From the NCBI GenBank assembly GCA_035516175.1, contig DATJAO010000027.1:32411-96410 (forward strand): a stretch of DNA of 64,000 nt, written 5' to 3'. Origin of the DNA: Nitrospirota bacterium. Its GTDB lineage: Bacteria; Nitrospirota; UBA9217. Positions 10,028-19,869 of this stretch are shown here, piece after piece. Under the pieces are notes generated by a model that saw only the letters and a program-made list of their open reading frames with translations, was not told the origin of the DNA and did not search any database. Positions within the stretch are counted from its first letter, which is position 1. Every line of letters starts with the position of its first letter. The position numbers and the translations under genes were made by a program.

Positions 10028-10771
10028 CTAAGCATAGAGCATGATCTTCCCTATGTAGCCCTTGAGCTCATTAGCGGACTTCGCGAAGGTCTCGATCACT
10101 GCGGGATCGAAATCCTTTCCTGATGCAGTCAGGATTGCCCGCTGCGCTTCTTCAAACGGCAGGGCTTCCCGATAGGGCCTTTTTACCGTGAGCGCGTCAA
10201 GGGCATCCGCCACGGCGAAGACCCTCGCCCCGACCGGAATCTCGGACCCCTTAAGTCCCTGCGGATAGCCGCTGCCGTCGAAGTGTTCATGATGGCTCCT
10301 GATGATCTCCGCCGCATTTGCGAAATATCCTATATGGCTTATGATCCGGTGGCCGATTTCGGGATGGCCGTGCATGATCGCCCGTTCTTCAGTGGTAAGC
10401 GGGCCATTTTTGTGTAGCACAGCATCAGGGACTCCGATCTTGCCGATGTCGTGGAGAAGCGCTCCGCAATAGAGGTCTACGAGGTCCCTGCCCGTGATGC
10501 CGTAAACGTGCCCCATGATCATGGCGAACTGCGTCACGCGCAGCGAATGGTTGCCCACTTCGTGCTCGCGGGCGTCTATAGCGCTCACGAAAGCCTCCAG
10601 GGTCACGAGATAGCTCGTTTCGATCTCATCGACGACATCCTCGAGATGGGTGTCGGCAAAATAGCAGTGCTCGCAGCGATAGGTGCCGTCCGCCCTTTTG
10701 ATGTAGCGATTGTTCTCGATTTTCGCTCCGCAGTGAGGACAGAAAAGGACGTCTTCCTGGGCTTGCATCAT
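10028..10771 (-). CDS. HD-GYP cyclic-dinucleotide phosphodiesterase with N-terminal zinc-ribbon-like CxxC-CxxC
   Basis: CPHC...CEHC N-terminus; NHSLRV, LLHDIGKIGVPD, HHEHFDGSGYP, VADALDAL..RPYR. Confidence 0.9.
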   Translation of the reverse strand: MMQAQEDVLFCPHCGAKIENNRYIKRADGTYRCEHCYFADTHLEDVVDEIETSYLVTLEAFVSAIDAREHEVGNHSLRVTQFAMIMGHVYGITGRDLVDLYCGALLHDIGKIGVPDAVLHKNGPLTTEERAIMHGHPEIGHRIISHIGYFANAAEIIRSHHEHFDGSGYPQGLKGSEIPVGARVFAVADALDALTVKRPYREALPFEEAQRAILTASGKDFDPAVIETFAKSANELKGYIGKIMLYA

Positions 10772-10784
10772 GGTTCATTCCTCC

Positions 10785-11477
10785 TCATTGGTAATATTTC
10801 TGCAACTGTTCGGGCGGTACGCCGAGAGCATAAAGCATCTGAAGGGTCCAGTTCCTGAACGTGCTGAAAAGAAGCCCGTCCCTTTCCCATCTCCGCGGGG
10901 AGGTGAGGACCTTTGAGGGTATGATGCAGATCCGATCCCCGCGTTTTCTGATGCGCCCCATGATCTCGACGTCCTCCATCAGGGGAATGTCCTGGTACCC
11001 GCCGATTATTTCAAAGTACTCTCGTCGTATAAATATCGCCTGGTCCCCGAAGGGGATCCTCGTAAGCCGTGTACGGAGAAAGACATACTTTTCCGTGATT
11101 CTGAAGATACGTCTGCTGGTAGCGATGCCCAGATCGAATGCTCCGGCAACAAACCGGTCGACGCTCATGGCCGTCGTTATTAAGGTGAGTGCATCTTTTG
11201 GCAGCAGGGTATCGGCATGGAGAAAGAGAAGAATATCGCCGGATGCTAGCGACGCACCGCTATTCATCTGGCGCGCTCGCCCCCTGCCGGAAATGATCTT
11301 AGTGATCCGTTCGTCCTCGATCGCGTTGATGGTGCTTCCCCGTGGATCGCCGTCAACGACAATGACCTGGGGCATGCCATTTACGGCACGATCAAACACC
11401 TGGGTGATGATCCCGTTTATCCTGTCAGATTCTTGAAACACGGGTATGATGACGGATAGCGTCGGAATGTCTTTCAT
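10785..11477 (-). CDS. TIGR04283 family GT2 glycosyltransferase (rSAM/selenodomain-associated transferase 2)
   Basis: LSVIIPV, VVDGD, GRARQMNSGA, LFLHADT, PFGDQAIF, MEDVE, TSPRRWERDG; ORF extends to 11576 but MKDIPT at 11477 fits the family start. Confidence 0.9.
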   Translation of the reverse strand: MKDIPTLSVIIPVFQESDRINGIITQVFDRAVNGMPQVIVVDGDPRGSTINAIEDERITKIISGRGRARQMNSGASLASGDILLFLHADTLLPKDALTLITTAMSVDRFVAGAFDLGIATSRRIFRITEKYVFLRTRLTRIPFGDQAIFIRREYFEIIGGYQDIPLMEDVEIMGRIRKRGDRICIIPSKVLTSPRRWERDGLLFSTFRNWTLQMLYALGVPPEQLQKYYQ

Positions 11478-11607
11478 GGTTCTAGATTTTCGGGAGTACT
11501 CCCTGATAAAATTCAGGCCATCCTCGGCGGCCGGTCTTCTGATGAACCCGCCGCTGTACACATTGTTTGCGATCATTTACCGAGCTTGATGGGAAGCCCA
11601 AGGTCTT

Positions 11608-12066
11608 TCATTTTCCCGATGCCTGCCATGCCGCCCTGATAGCTTCCACCCGCTTCCGGTTCACGCCGAAATCCGAATAGCCCAGGCGGGACGCGGACCT
11701 CACCTGGATGAGCTTCGCGTGATCATCGAAAGAGAACTCGACATCGTCGACAAAATGCCAGAGCGCGCTGGCGAATTCCGCATGGAGATAGCTGTTCGTT
11801 TCGGTGATGATTTTAGTCCTCTTCATCTGGAGGATGATCTTTCTAAGACCGGCAATGGCTTCTGGTGTTGTCGAGAAATAGGGGAGGGGCTGAACAGCAT
11901 GGTCTTTATCGGTGCTCTGGCTCGATACGCAGTTCGGAGAAGAAGGACAGGGGGCCAGTTTGCCGTCCCTGACGCCCAGGCTCGCCGGCCGTCCGCCTGT
12001 ACAGCCGATGATTAGTATGCTCGTGGGTAACATAATGGCCAGGGACTTCATGATGATGGCTCGCAT
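11608..12066 (-). CDS. DUF1499 family lipoprotein
   Basis: Lipobox-like ILIIGC; LAPCPSSPNCVSSQ, FVDDVEF, RSASRLGYSDFGVNRKRVEAIR. Confidence 0.88.
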   Translation of the reverse strand: MRAIIMKSLAIMLPTSILIIGCTGGRPASLGVRDGKLAPCPSSPNCVSSQSTDKDHAVQPLPYFSTTPEAIAGLRKIILQMKRTKIITETNSYLHAEFASALWHFVDDVEFSFDDHAKLIQVRSASRLGYSDFGVNRKRVEAIRAAWQASGK

Positions 12067-12213
12067 AAATGATGTTTATTCCTCTTCGGTTATGTCAATG
12101 TTTCTATTATAACATATTATCAATTCGCACCATAAATCCTCGATCATCAGGCTGGAGAGGATGTCAACAGACATTTCAGATCTGACATCAATACTTATAC
12201 TCGCCGCCGGAAC

Positions 12214-12322
12214 AAAAAAGCCGGGTTACCTTTTTGATTGTTCGGCAGCCCGGCTGTCCCCACAGCAGTGGGATCCGTACCTTTCAACCCTCTCTTCGCG
12301 AAGGCGTTGTCTCTATCGGGAC
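12214..12322 (-). ncRNA. Candidate GEMM-I (c-di-GMP-I / cGAMP class) riboswitch with overlapping intrinsic terminator
   Basis: Minus strand CGAUAGAGACAACGCCUUC-GCGA-AGAGAGGGUUGAAAGGUACGGAUCCCAC-UGCU-GUGGGGACAGCCGGGCUGCCGAA shows a GNRA-type loop, GAAAG junction and GACAGCCGGGxxGCCGAA 3' end typical of GEMM-I; followed by the complementary GGUAACCCGGC and U6. P2 pairs imperfectly. Confidence 0.6.
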
Positions 12323-12430
12323 AAATCTATTCTTTCGTTTTACAGCACCGGACCCGGGCAATGTTAGGCCGGCGGCATCTCATATATCGTGTGTATTAAG
12401 TCTCTAAGAGAGGATGAGGGTTCATCGTAA

Positions 12431-12869
12431 CTATCTCCATCCACCGAGTATGGCTCCCGTAACCGGCACGCCGACCACAAAACTCCCCCTCTGGACCAGG
12501 AACATTGACCGGACGACGCCATGGTCCTTTCCGCTCTACAGGGCCGCCCCGAGGCTAACGGGGAAGATGAAACCGAGCCGCGCCCAGAACCCGACCTGCA
12601 TCCCCATCCCCTGACATACCGTATACGCGTTGAACTACCTCATAAAGAGGGAGAATACGAAAGCACCCTCAAGGGTCCCCGCGAACTGATCCCGTACTAC
12701 TGACCGACCACCGTCTTCGTCTACTCCTGTTCGACTACGGTCGGATTCTCCCTGACGATGATCTTCCTCCCCAGCCCTCCAAAGAGAAGTTGTGAATGCC
12801 AGATGAAACCTACGATCATGGCGGCAACCGCCGCGATCACCGCGAGTAATGAACACGCGGATGCATCAT
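12431..12869 (-). pseudogene. DUF1761 family membrane protein pseudogene
   Basis: Fragments LLAVIAAVAAMIVGFIWHSQLLFG and QVGFWARLGFIFPVSLGAAL*SGK...GAILGGWR* lie in different frames with internal stops; match DUF1761 N- and C-terminal patterns. Confidence 0.6.
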
Positions 12870-12882
12870 ACCGGCCAGCCCT

Positions 12883-13308
12883 CTATGCTGCCTCGGCTAG
12901 CTTCACGCCGCTTTCCTTCTTCCGGAGATACTCGCGCCACGGTTTCCAGTAATACTTGTCCCAACCTTCGTTCACGTCGTTATAATCGTACTCCGGCACG
13001 TTGACATGTACAAGCTCGATCCTGCCGCCGTCCTTGTCCGGCCAGAAACTGAGGATCAGTGTGGAGTCGACGTCCCCGGGTTTCCAGTCCTTCCCTCGCC
13101 ACGACTGGATGATGATCCGTTTGGGCACAACCTGCAGCGTTTTACCCGTGATCATGCCTCCAAAGGCGCGAAATCTCGACCCTGTTGTCCGGCTGATGGT
13201 AACCGGTCCTCCTGTGATTTCCCCATGGGCCTTCGGGCTCAGATACATGTCAAAGAGCTTTTCAGCAGGCGCAGGAAGTATCATGGTCTGTTGAATTGTT
13301 TTCGGCAT
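12883..13308 (-). CDS. SRPBCC/AHSA1-like domain protein
   Basis: GSRFRAFGG.ITGK.L..VP..IIIQSWR, IELVHVNVP, EGWDKYYWKPW. Confidence 0.85.
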   Translation of the reverse strand: MPKTIQQTMILPAPAEKLFDMYLSPKAHGEITGGPVTISRTTGSRFRAFGGMITGKTLQVVPKRIIIQSWRGKDWKPGDVDSTLILSFWPDKDGGRIELVHVNVPEYDYNDVNEGWDKYYWKPWREYLRKKESGVKLAEAA

Positions 13309-13556
13309 AGAACTTCACCCCCTTAATAAGACAATTTAACTCCTTTATTTAAGAGTAGCGCCGATTATTATTCCTGTCAAGACCGGAGAGTGAAGGAAGT
13401 GCAGGTTGACCGCCGGGTGGTATGCTTCACCGGTTGTGGGGCTGTGCGTGCCGGTGAACGTTAATGCAATTGACCGGTATGCAGGCAATGCACGGAAGGG
13501 AGAGGGACCCCTCTTTACGAGGCGCCTCCTCCCCTCAATCCCTGTTCAGCGAGACG

Positions 13557-14696
13557 TTACGCAGCGCGCTCGCCGTGGTAGTCACGCTTCCTTTCTACGG
13601 AGCGGACCGTGAAGCGCTCGTCGAGCATCGCGAGCTTTTCCATTATGCCCGTGTACTCCAGTTCCGTCATAGGCAGCATGGCAGCGCCGAAGAACCCCTG
13701 TTTCCTCATCTCGGCGGCCTTGTCTGCGACGTGTCCGCGAACGGCATCCCAGAACGGATGGTCGAAGGCGTCGACGGGTCCCGTCAGTTTCCCCTCGTGC
13801 ACGGAGAAGGCTGCGCAGCTGACAATTGGGGGGCCATCGAAATAGCTGATGGGCGACATGAGTCGGACCGGCATCATCGGCATGTTGTGGGAGCCGCGCA
13901 TGCCTCCGGCTACGAAGTGCCCGATGTGGAAGGGAGTCAGGACTTCGCCCGTGGCCGGGAAGTTCATCTGCGCGCGCACAAGCATCACCGGGTCGTCTTT
14001 GCCCGTGTACTTGCCGGCGATGTTATGGAGCCGGGACGTGGACACTGCGGCCGCCTGTTCGCCCGAAGCGCGGGACCAGATCGACTCTACCACGAACCGC
14101 TCTGTGTCCCGCAGCAGGGCGGCGATGTCGTAGATATCCTCGGGCGTGTTCAGCTCGATGACCCGGTCACCCTCTGTGTAGTTGACGTCCATGATCACGA
14201 AACGGAACCCTTTCCCCATCTTGGGTGCGAGGATGAGACCGGGTGTGTTCATCGCGTCGGCGAATGCGAGGTACAGCGGGAGGTTGTACGCGCCGGGATC
14301 GGTCTTGTCCGCCGCGAAGAACAGGAAGGGTTCGTTTGGCCTCTCCTCGAACTCCATCTCGGCGACGGCCGGCCCCATCCCCCGCACGTTCCCGGAGAAT
14401 GAGTCCTTCAGCAGGTCCTGACCTGCCCCGTACAGTCCCTGAGCTTTCGCAACACTCGTCCCCGCGACAAAGGCGTCCCAGGCCAGCTTATGGATCTGCT
14501 CATCGCCGGTCCCGCGGGTATGGGTCATCAGGATCGCCACATCGTCTCCCGTATAGCTCACGTAACTGTCTTTCAGAAATCCGATTCCGTTCTGGCGCAC
14601 GTGGTGTTCAACGGTTTCGAGCAGTCGCTGCGACGGCGCAATGTGACCCCCGACTGACCCGACATCAGCCTTGATAACGCTTACGGTCAGCTTCAT
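13557..14696 (-). CDS. fbp: Bifunctional fructose-1,6-bisphosphate aldolase/phosphatase (FBPase class V)
   Basis: SVIKADVGSVGGH, GDDVAILMTH, GLYGAGQDLLKDSFSGNVRGMGP, ADKTDPGAYN, HNIAGKYTGKDDP (Tyr/Lys active site), GGMRGSH; SD AAGGAGG before MKLTV. Confidence 0.96.
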   Translation of the reverse strand: MKLTVSVIKADVGSVGGHIAPSQRLLETVEHHVRQNGIGFLKDSYVSYTGDDVAILMTHTRGTGDEQIHKLAWDAFVAGTSVAKAQGLYGAGQDLLKDSFSGNVRGMGPAVAEMEFEERPNEPFLFFAADKTDPGAYNLPLYLAFADAMNTPGLILAPKMGKGFRFVIMDVNYTEGDRVIELNTPEDIYDIAALLRDTERFVVESIWSRASGEQAAAVSTSRLHNIAGKYTGKDDPVMLVRAQMNFPATGEVLTPFHIGHFVAGGMRGSHNMPMMPVRLMSPISYFDGPPIVSCAAFSVHEGKLTGPVDAFDHPFWDAVRGHVADKAAEMRKQGFFGAAMLPMTELEYTGIMEKLAMLDERFTVRSVERKRDYHGERAA

Positions 14697-15017
14697 AGTA
14701 GGCACCTCCTTCATTTGTTTTCTATGCGTACTGCGAGATGATGAACAAAGTTAGAGTCTTTTATACTGATCATGCTTAAATGATAGCAAAACCGGGGAGT
14801 AATGTGCGCCGGCATTCAGCAGGGGATGCAAGATTGACAGGGCTTATAAATGTAGAAATACTAAAGTATTATAAGAGATGCCCTCTGGTACATTCGGAAC
14901 ATACGATACGATGTCTTGGCCCATCTCTTCCTCACCATCTCGCTCACTGATTCCCGAAGGTACTCCGCACGGAATGCTCCGGAAGTACCTGAATGCGACA
15001 GTAAGAATCATATATGC

Positions 15018-15842
15018 TCAAGAAATTATTTTCCGGTAGATGCATCGGGAATTCTCGTAGGGAGTAACCGCGGTCACCTCTTGCGGAATCGATTCATGGG
15101 TCCCGATGACCAGAATCCCTCCCGGGACAAGCCTCTCCACGATCCTTTCGAAAATTTCCCGCTGCAACATTTCGTCAAAGTAGGTGAAAACAAGGTTGCG
15201 GCAGAGTATGAGGTGAAAAGGGCCATCGGGCATCTGTCTGCGAATGTCCTGCTCGATAAATTCAATGCCCTCTCTGAAGCGCTCTTTGATCGAGCAGAGC
15301 TTTCCCGAACAGGAGAAAGCCGCCTCGATCAAATCTTTCGGAAGGTCCCGGAGGCTGCTTGACCGATACCACCCCTTCCGGGCACGCTCAAGGACGACAT
15401 GATCAACGTCTGTCGCAATGATCCGGAGGGGAGGATTGGTATGGAGGAGGGGGGTGACGGAAGTCTTCCAGATGATTTGCAGGGCATAGGCTTCCTCACC
15501 GGAACAGCAGCCAGCGCTCCAGCTGAAAAGCTCTTTTCCTCCCGCATGGAGCAGTTCTTCTGTCAGTTTCGGGAGGATGGACGATTGCAAGACGTCGAAC
15601 ACGTCCCGATCACGGTAAAAGTGTGAAATGGTGATGTTGCAGAGCGAGTCAAGAATCGGCCACTCTAGAGCATTGCTCTCGAGGTAATTCTGGTATGTGG
15701 AAAGTCCGGAAAAGCCCAGTTCGCTGATGCGGCGGCTGAGACGCTTGCAGACCTGATGGTGTACTTTTCGGTAGCCAGCCCAGCGAAGCCGGAGCCTTGG
15801 CAGGCACCTTTTGAGGAATTCCGTGCATTCAATGTCCTTCAT
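15018..15842 (-). CDS. cheR: Orphan CheR-type SAM-dependent methyltransferase
   Basis: ITISHFYRD, WSAGCCSGEEAYAL, ATDVD, LILCRNLVFTYF, LVPGGILVIG; no MCP or CheB in the window. Confidence 0.85.
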   Translation of the reverse strand: MKDIECTEFLKRCLPRLRLRWAGYRKVHHQVCKRLSRRISELGFSGLSTYQNYLESNALEWPILDSLCNITISHFYRDRDVFDVLQSSILPKLTEELLHAGGKELFSWSAGCCSGEEAYALQIIWKTSVTPLLHTNPPLRIIATDVDHVVLERARKGWYRSSSLRDLPKDLIEAAFSCSGKLCSIKERFREGIEFIEQDIRRQMPDGPFHLILCRNLVFTYFDEMLQREIFERIVERLVPGGILVIGTHESIPQEVTAVTPYENSRCIYRKIIS

Positions 15843-16036
15843 CGGATATCCTTCGGTTTGTTGCAATGGTGGAGGCAAATGGCATCGATGTCCATATTCA
15901 TGGCGGTGGGAAATACATCGGCATGATCCGGATGCGATGCTACGAATCTTCTTACAGCGGGCTCAAAATTCCGATCCTTTTTCATCGGTATCTCTGAGTC
16001 TGTTCGAAAAGTGCATGCTGCAGTGCGGGTCACGAC

Positions 16037-16325
16037 AGGCAGAGCGGGAAGGCCTCCCCACGGTCCTTGTAGACCCGCGGAACACGTCCCACACCTGCCC
16101 GGAATGCGGTACTATTGATAAACGGGACCGGAAAAGCCAAGTCTTTTTTCCTGTGTGTCATGCGGGTTCGCCGGGCTCGTCGACCACATCGCGGCGGAGA
16201 ACATCCGTCGGGCTGCAGTCAAACAGCCGATCGTAGCGCGTGTTGATGCCGAAGCCGCCACTCAAAAAGTGGAACTGAGGCGAAACGCAGCTACAAGCTC
16301 CGTGTTTTAGCGTGGGGTAGTTGAC
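16037..16325 (+). mobile_element. tnpB: IS200/IS605-family TnpB 3' remnant with right end
   Basis: QAEREGLPTVLVDPRNTSHTCPECG...[frameshift]CGFAGLVDHIAAENIRR (zinc finger plus RuvC-III-like), followed by the hairpin CTCCGTGT-TTTA-GCGTGGGG and TAGTTGAC end motif; 5' part absent. Confidence 0.85.
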
Positions 16326-16469
16326 GTATCGATTCCTTAACACCTCAGGACTCTTCTCCAGGAACTCAGCGTTGTCCTGCTGATAGATATCATTATAACA
16401 CGGCCTAAATGCCATCAAGCTATGATAGACTGATGATAGCTCCCTGGACGTGATGGGAGGGGGTGGCCC

Positions 16470-17000
16470 ATGCGCACAAAGAAAAACATTCTTATAACGG
16501 GACCTCCGGGCATCGGCAAGACCACCATCATGAAGAAGCTCGCGCAAATGTTGAAAGATACCGGCCCTGTCGGATTTTACACCGCCGAGATACGGGAAGG
16601 GGGCGTGCGGCGCGGTTTTGAACTGGTCGGCTTAAATGGGAGGAAGGGGCTTCTTTCCCATATTGATATAAAAAGTCCGAATCATGTGGGCAGATACGGA
16701 GTCGATATCAGGGGCTTTGAGATATTTCTTGACGCACTTGCGCTCACAGATCCAAACGCCGGGCTTCTCCTGATCGACGAGATCGGGAAGATGGAGTGCC
16801 TGTCGCAACGATTCAAAACAGTCGTGCGAACTGTTCTGGATTCCGGAAACGCGGTGATCGCGACCATTGCTCTCAATGGTCCGGGGTTTATCGCGGAGGT
16901 AAGGGGACGAGAAGATGCGATGCTGTTCGAAATGACGCTGGAAAACAGGGACTCTCTTGCGGAAGAAATTCTGAGGCATGTCAAGACATCGTACGATTAG
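16470..17000 (+). CDS. Nucleoside-triphosphatase (THEP1/NTPase_1 family)
   Basis: ITGPPGIGKTT, GFYTAEIREGG.RRGF, VGRYGVD, IDEIGKME. Confidence 0.92.
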   Translation: MRTKKNILITGPPGIGKTTIMKKLAQMLKDTGPVGFYTAEIREGGVRRGFELVGLNGRKGLLSHIDIKSPNHVGRYGVDIRGFEIFLDALALTDPNAGLLLIDEIGKMECLSQRFKTVVRTVLDSGNAVIATIALNGPGFIAEVRGREDAMLFEMTLENRDSLAEEILRHVKTSYD

Positions 17001-17079
17001 TGGGAAAGCTCCAACCTGGAGGGGAGCTTTACAGATCAGTTTTTTTGATCAGCGGTGCCTGTTCAATTCAACCGTTCCT

Positions 17080-17619
17080 TTAATCCAGTTTTATGAAAGG
17101 GTACCGTTCCCGGTCTTCACGATTCACGAGCGAGAGGCCGGCCCAGGTGCCGATCGTTTCGATCGCGATGATCGCATCGGGGTTTTCGAAAGAGATGCGG
17201 GCGGGAGTGCCGGCCTTCTCAAGCGATTCAAGAAGTATGAAATCCAGCAACCGCTCCTCGTCGGGACTTGATAGCTTTCCCTTGAAACCGCGCCTCCGTA
17301 TCCGCACGTAAAAGCTCTTTCCCGCGAGGTGCTTCGTCCAGGTGAGGATCGTTTCCCCGGCCTTGTGCTCGAATTCATCGGGGGAATTGAAGATAAACGA
17401 GTGGGTGGCTGGTATCAGCCTCGCAAGAAAAGAGAGCGACTCCGGATGTTTCGATGCCCGTTCCCGCAAGGACTCGAGCATCCGGTTGATGTCATGCGCT
17501 CTTATCAAAAGGACGTTGAAGAATTCCGTCCGTTTCACTTCCCCGAACTCGCCGAATACGTCGATCGCCCGCGTGAATCCATGTTCGTGAACACTGATGA
17601 CAGCATTCCATTCCTGCAT
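17080..17619 (-). CDS. THUMP-domain-only RNA-binding protein
   Basis: GKSFYVRIRRRGFKG, ISFENPDAIIAIETIG; no catalytic domain attached. Confidence 0.75.
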   Translation of the reverse strand: MQEWNAVISVHEHGFTRAIDVFGEFGEVKRTEFFNVLLIRAHDINRMLESLRERASKHPESLSFLARLIPATHSFIFNSPDEFEHKAGETILTWTKHLAGKSFYVRIRRRGFKGKLSSPDEERLLDFILLESLEKAGTPARISFENPDAIIAIETIGTWAGLSLVNREDRERYPFIKLD

Positions 17620-17667
17620 AGCGGATTGATTCTCGAGTACGACCGGGCTGGGTTACCTGCGCAGGCA

Positions 17668-19170
17668 TCAAAGGCCGGCGCCCAGAAGTTTCTCATGACG
17701 CTTAAAAACCTTGCGAAAATGGAAACCGTAGATCGAGAGGGTGATGGCCAGCGGCAGCAGTCGCGGCCGGCGGAACAAGGACCAGAAAACGATTTTCCAG
17801 TACTGGAACCGCTCCCTGCCGATGATGCCAAGGCGCACCGCCGACTTGATCAGGGCCTTGAGGTGGTTGAACCGGAAGCGGCCGCCACGCGCCTTAGGAG
17901 GGCGATACTCTTTCAGGAATTGCTTCATCCGCGCGTAGTAGTGCTTCGGAGAGTAGATCGTGTTGAGTATCTTCCGGTAGCCGCTGATCAGGTGCTCGGT
18001 GTTCATCTTCGGTATGAAGTTGATTGAAAAGTCCGTGTTGTCGCCGGTCGCGGCCTTCAAGAGCCGCCCCTCCTGATGTAAGCGGTGATAGAGCTTTGTC
18101 CCGAGCGGTGCGTTCAAAAGCCCGACCATCGCGGTTGTGATCCCGCTTTCCTGGATGAAGGCGATCAGGCGCTCGAAGATCGATGCCGGGTCTTTGTCAA
18201 ATCCTACGATGAATCCCGCCTGGACCTCGAGTCCGGCCTGCTGGATCTTTTTCACGCTAGCGATGAGGTCCCGGTTGCGGTTCTGGACCTTGCTGCACTC
18301 GATCAGGCTTTCCTCGTTCGGTGACTCGATTCCCACGAAGACCGTGTCGAACCCAGCCCGGACCATGAGCTGCATCAACTCTTCGTCGTCGGAGAGGTTG
18401 ATGGACCCTTCGGTATTCAGGGCAAAGGGGTGCTTCCGTTTTTCCATCCACTCAATCACCGCAGGCAGAATATCCTTTTTGAGCTTTCCCTTGTTCCCGA
18501 TGAAGTTGTCGTCGACGATGAACACGCCGTTTCTCCAACCCCGTGCATAGAGAGTCTCGAGCTCGGCCAGGATCTGCTCCCGGCTCTTTGTCCTTGGCAC
18601 GCGGCCGTAGAGCACTGTGATGTTGCAGAAGTCGCAGTCGAAAGGGCAGCCCCGGGAATACTGGATGCTCATGGAGGCATAGGCTTTCATATTCAGAAGA
18701 TCGAATCGCGGTTGCGGCGTGATAGAGAGGTCGGCCCACTGGGGAGAAGAATATACATGGCCAGCCTGTCCCTTTCGCAGATCATCGAGAAAGAGCGGCA
18801 GCGTGATCTCGGCTTCGTTCAAAATGAGATGGTCCACATCGATGAACTCATCGGGACTGGCCGTGAAAAGAGGACCGCCGGCGATCACCTTGACTCCGAG
18901 CGCCTTGCACCTGGTAATGACGGAATTTGCCGACTCTTTCTGGATTGTCATGGCGCTGAGCATTACATAATCGGCCCAGCGGAGGTCGGCGTCGGTGAGG
19001 TGCTGCACGTTCATATCAACGAGGCGCTGCTTCCACTCAGCAGGAAGCATTGCCGCCACGGTCAGGAGACCAAGCGGTGGCAGACTGGCTTTTTTCGAAA
19101 TGAACTTTAAGGCATATTTAAAGCTCCAGAAGGTGTCAGGGTATTTCGGATAAACAAGGAGAATTTTCAT
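17668..19170 (-). CDS. B12-binding radical SAM protein with DUF4070 C-terminus
   Basis: PPLGLLTVAAMLP B12-binding region, SRGCPFDCDFC, VDDNFIGN, FIVGFDKD. Confidence 0.92.
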   Translation of the reverse strand: MKILLVYPKYPDTFWSFKYALKFISKKASLPPLGLLTVAAMLPAEWKQRLVDMNVQHLTDADLRWADYVMLSAMTIQKESANSVITRCKALGVKVIAGGPLFTASPDEFIDVDHLILNEAEITLPLFLDDLRKGQAGHVYSSPQWADLSITPQPRFDLLNMKAYASMSIQYSRGCPFDCDFCNITVLYGRVPRTKSREQILAELETLYARGWRNGVFIVDDNFIGNKGKLKKDILPAVIEWMEKRKHPFALNTEGSINLSDDEELMQLMVRAGFDTVFVGIESPNEESLIECSKVQNRNRDLIASVKKIQQAGLEVQAGFIVGFDKDPASIFERLIAFIQESGITTAMVGLLNAPLGTKLYHRLHQEGRLLKAATGDNTDFSINFIPKMNTEHLISGYRKILNTIYSPKHYYARMKQFLKEYRPPKARGGRFRFNHLKALIKSAVRLGIIGRERFQYWKIVFWSLFRRPRLLPLAITLSIYGFHFRKVFKRHEKLLGAGL

Positions 19171-19869
19171 AATCGAGCTCCTTCACGCTGTGAGCGTGAT
19201 AAAAAAGGTTTACATCCTCATCCTTTGCTCTTGTAGTTTCGTAAGCGTATCATTCATTATCCACGATAATCCACAAATAGCAACAGTTTTTATCATCACG
19301 ATGGGGGGACGCAGGTTTTTTACTACTCATTCTTCTTCCATTTGTATTCTCTCGCCTCTCCCTTTTCCCCTGATTTTTTAGTCGCGTCTCTGCCCTTGCC
19401 TTTCATTGTTGCATGCCCATCCTGTTTCCGCCGCCACCTTACCCCGTGTACGAAACACCGAGTCACCGTGCAAATACTGCCGCTGTGCAACGCACGACTA
19501 ATGGCCTGCTTTTCCGCGGGTACATGTACCTCGGTGGTTTGCTGTTTCCGTCATTAATGCACGTCGATCCCCCTTTGGGTGATCAGAAAAATATTGCCGG
19601 TAGAGTCCCCTGTCCCTGCTGAATTTGAAAACCATAACAAAAAAGGAATTATGTTGTCAAGCGAGATTACCAATAAGAAGGAAGAAAGTACCAAAACATT
19701 CGCGCTCGCATCGACTTCACTGCGCAGAAAGTAACAAGCAATCATGCCTTTCCGGTATAGATACCGCTTAGTGCCAAAATTTAATTGCACCGCCATGAGT
19801 AAACTGTTATTATACTCAGTCTTTTGGGAAAGACCGACGATAGGTCAGGGGATGAGGGCGCAACATAAT

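Noticed and set aside
13385-13460. Ferredoxin-like fragment VDRRVVCFTGCGAV
   Set aside because: Cys spacing does not fit CxxCxxC and there is no start or continuation; probably chance.
13464-14402. Long antisense ORFs (also 25335-26378, 41002-42045, 42405-43379, 48548-49303, 57982-58800)
   Set aside because: All lie opposite well-supported genes and have no recognisable motifs; expected in GC-rich coding DNA.
17668-19170. Arsenosugar radical SAM ArsS partner for TIGR04282/04283
   Set aside because: It has a B12-binding domain and DUF4070, a different family from ArsS.
19330-19560. Lys-rich minus-strand reading frame upstream of the radical SAM gene
   Set aside because: No clear start, SD or family motif; cannot be supported.
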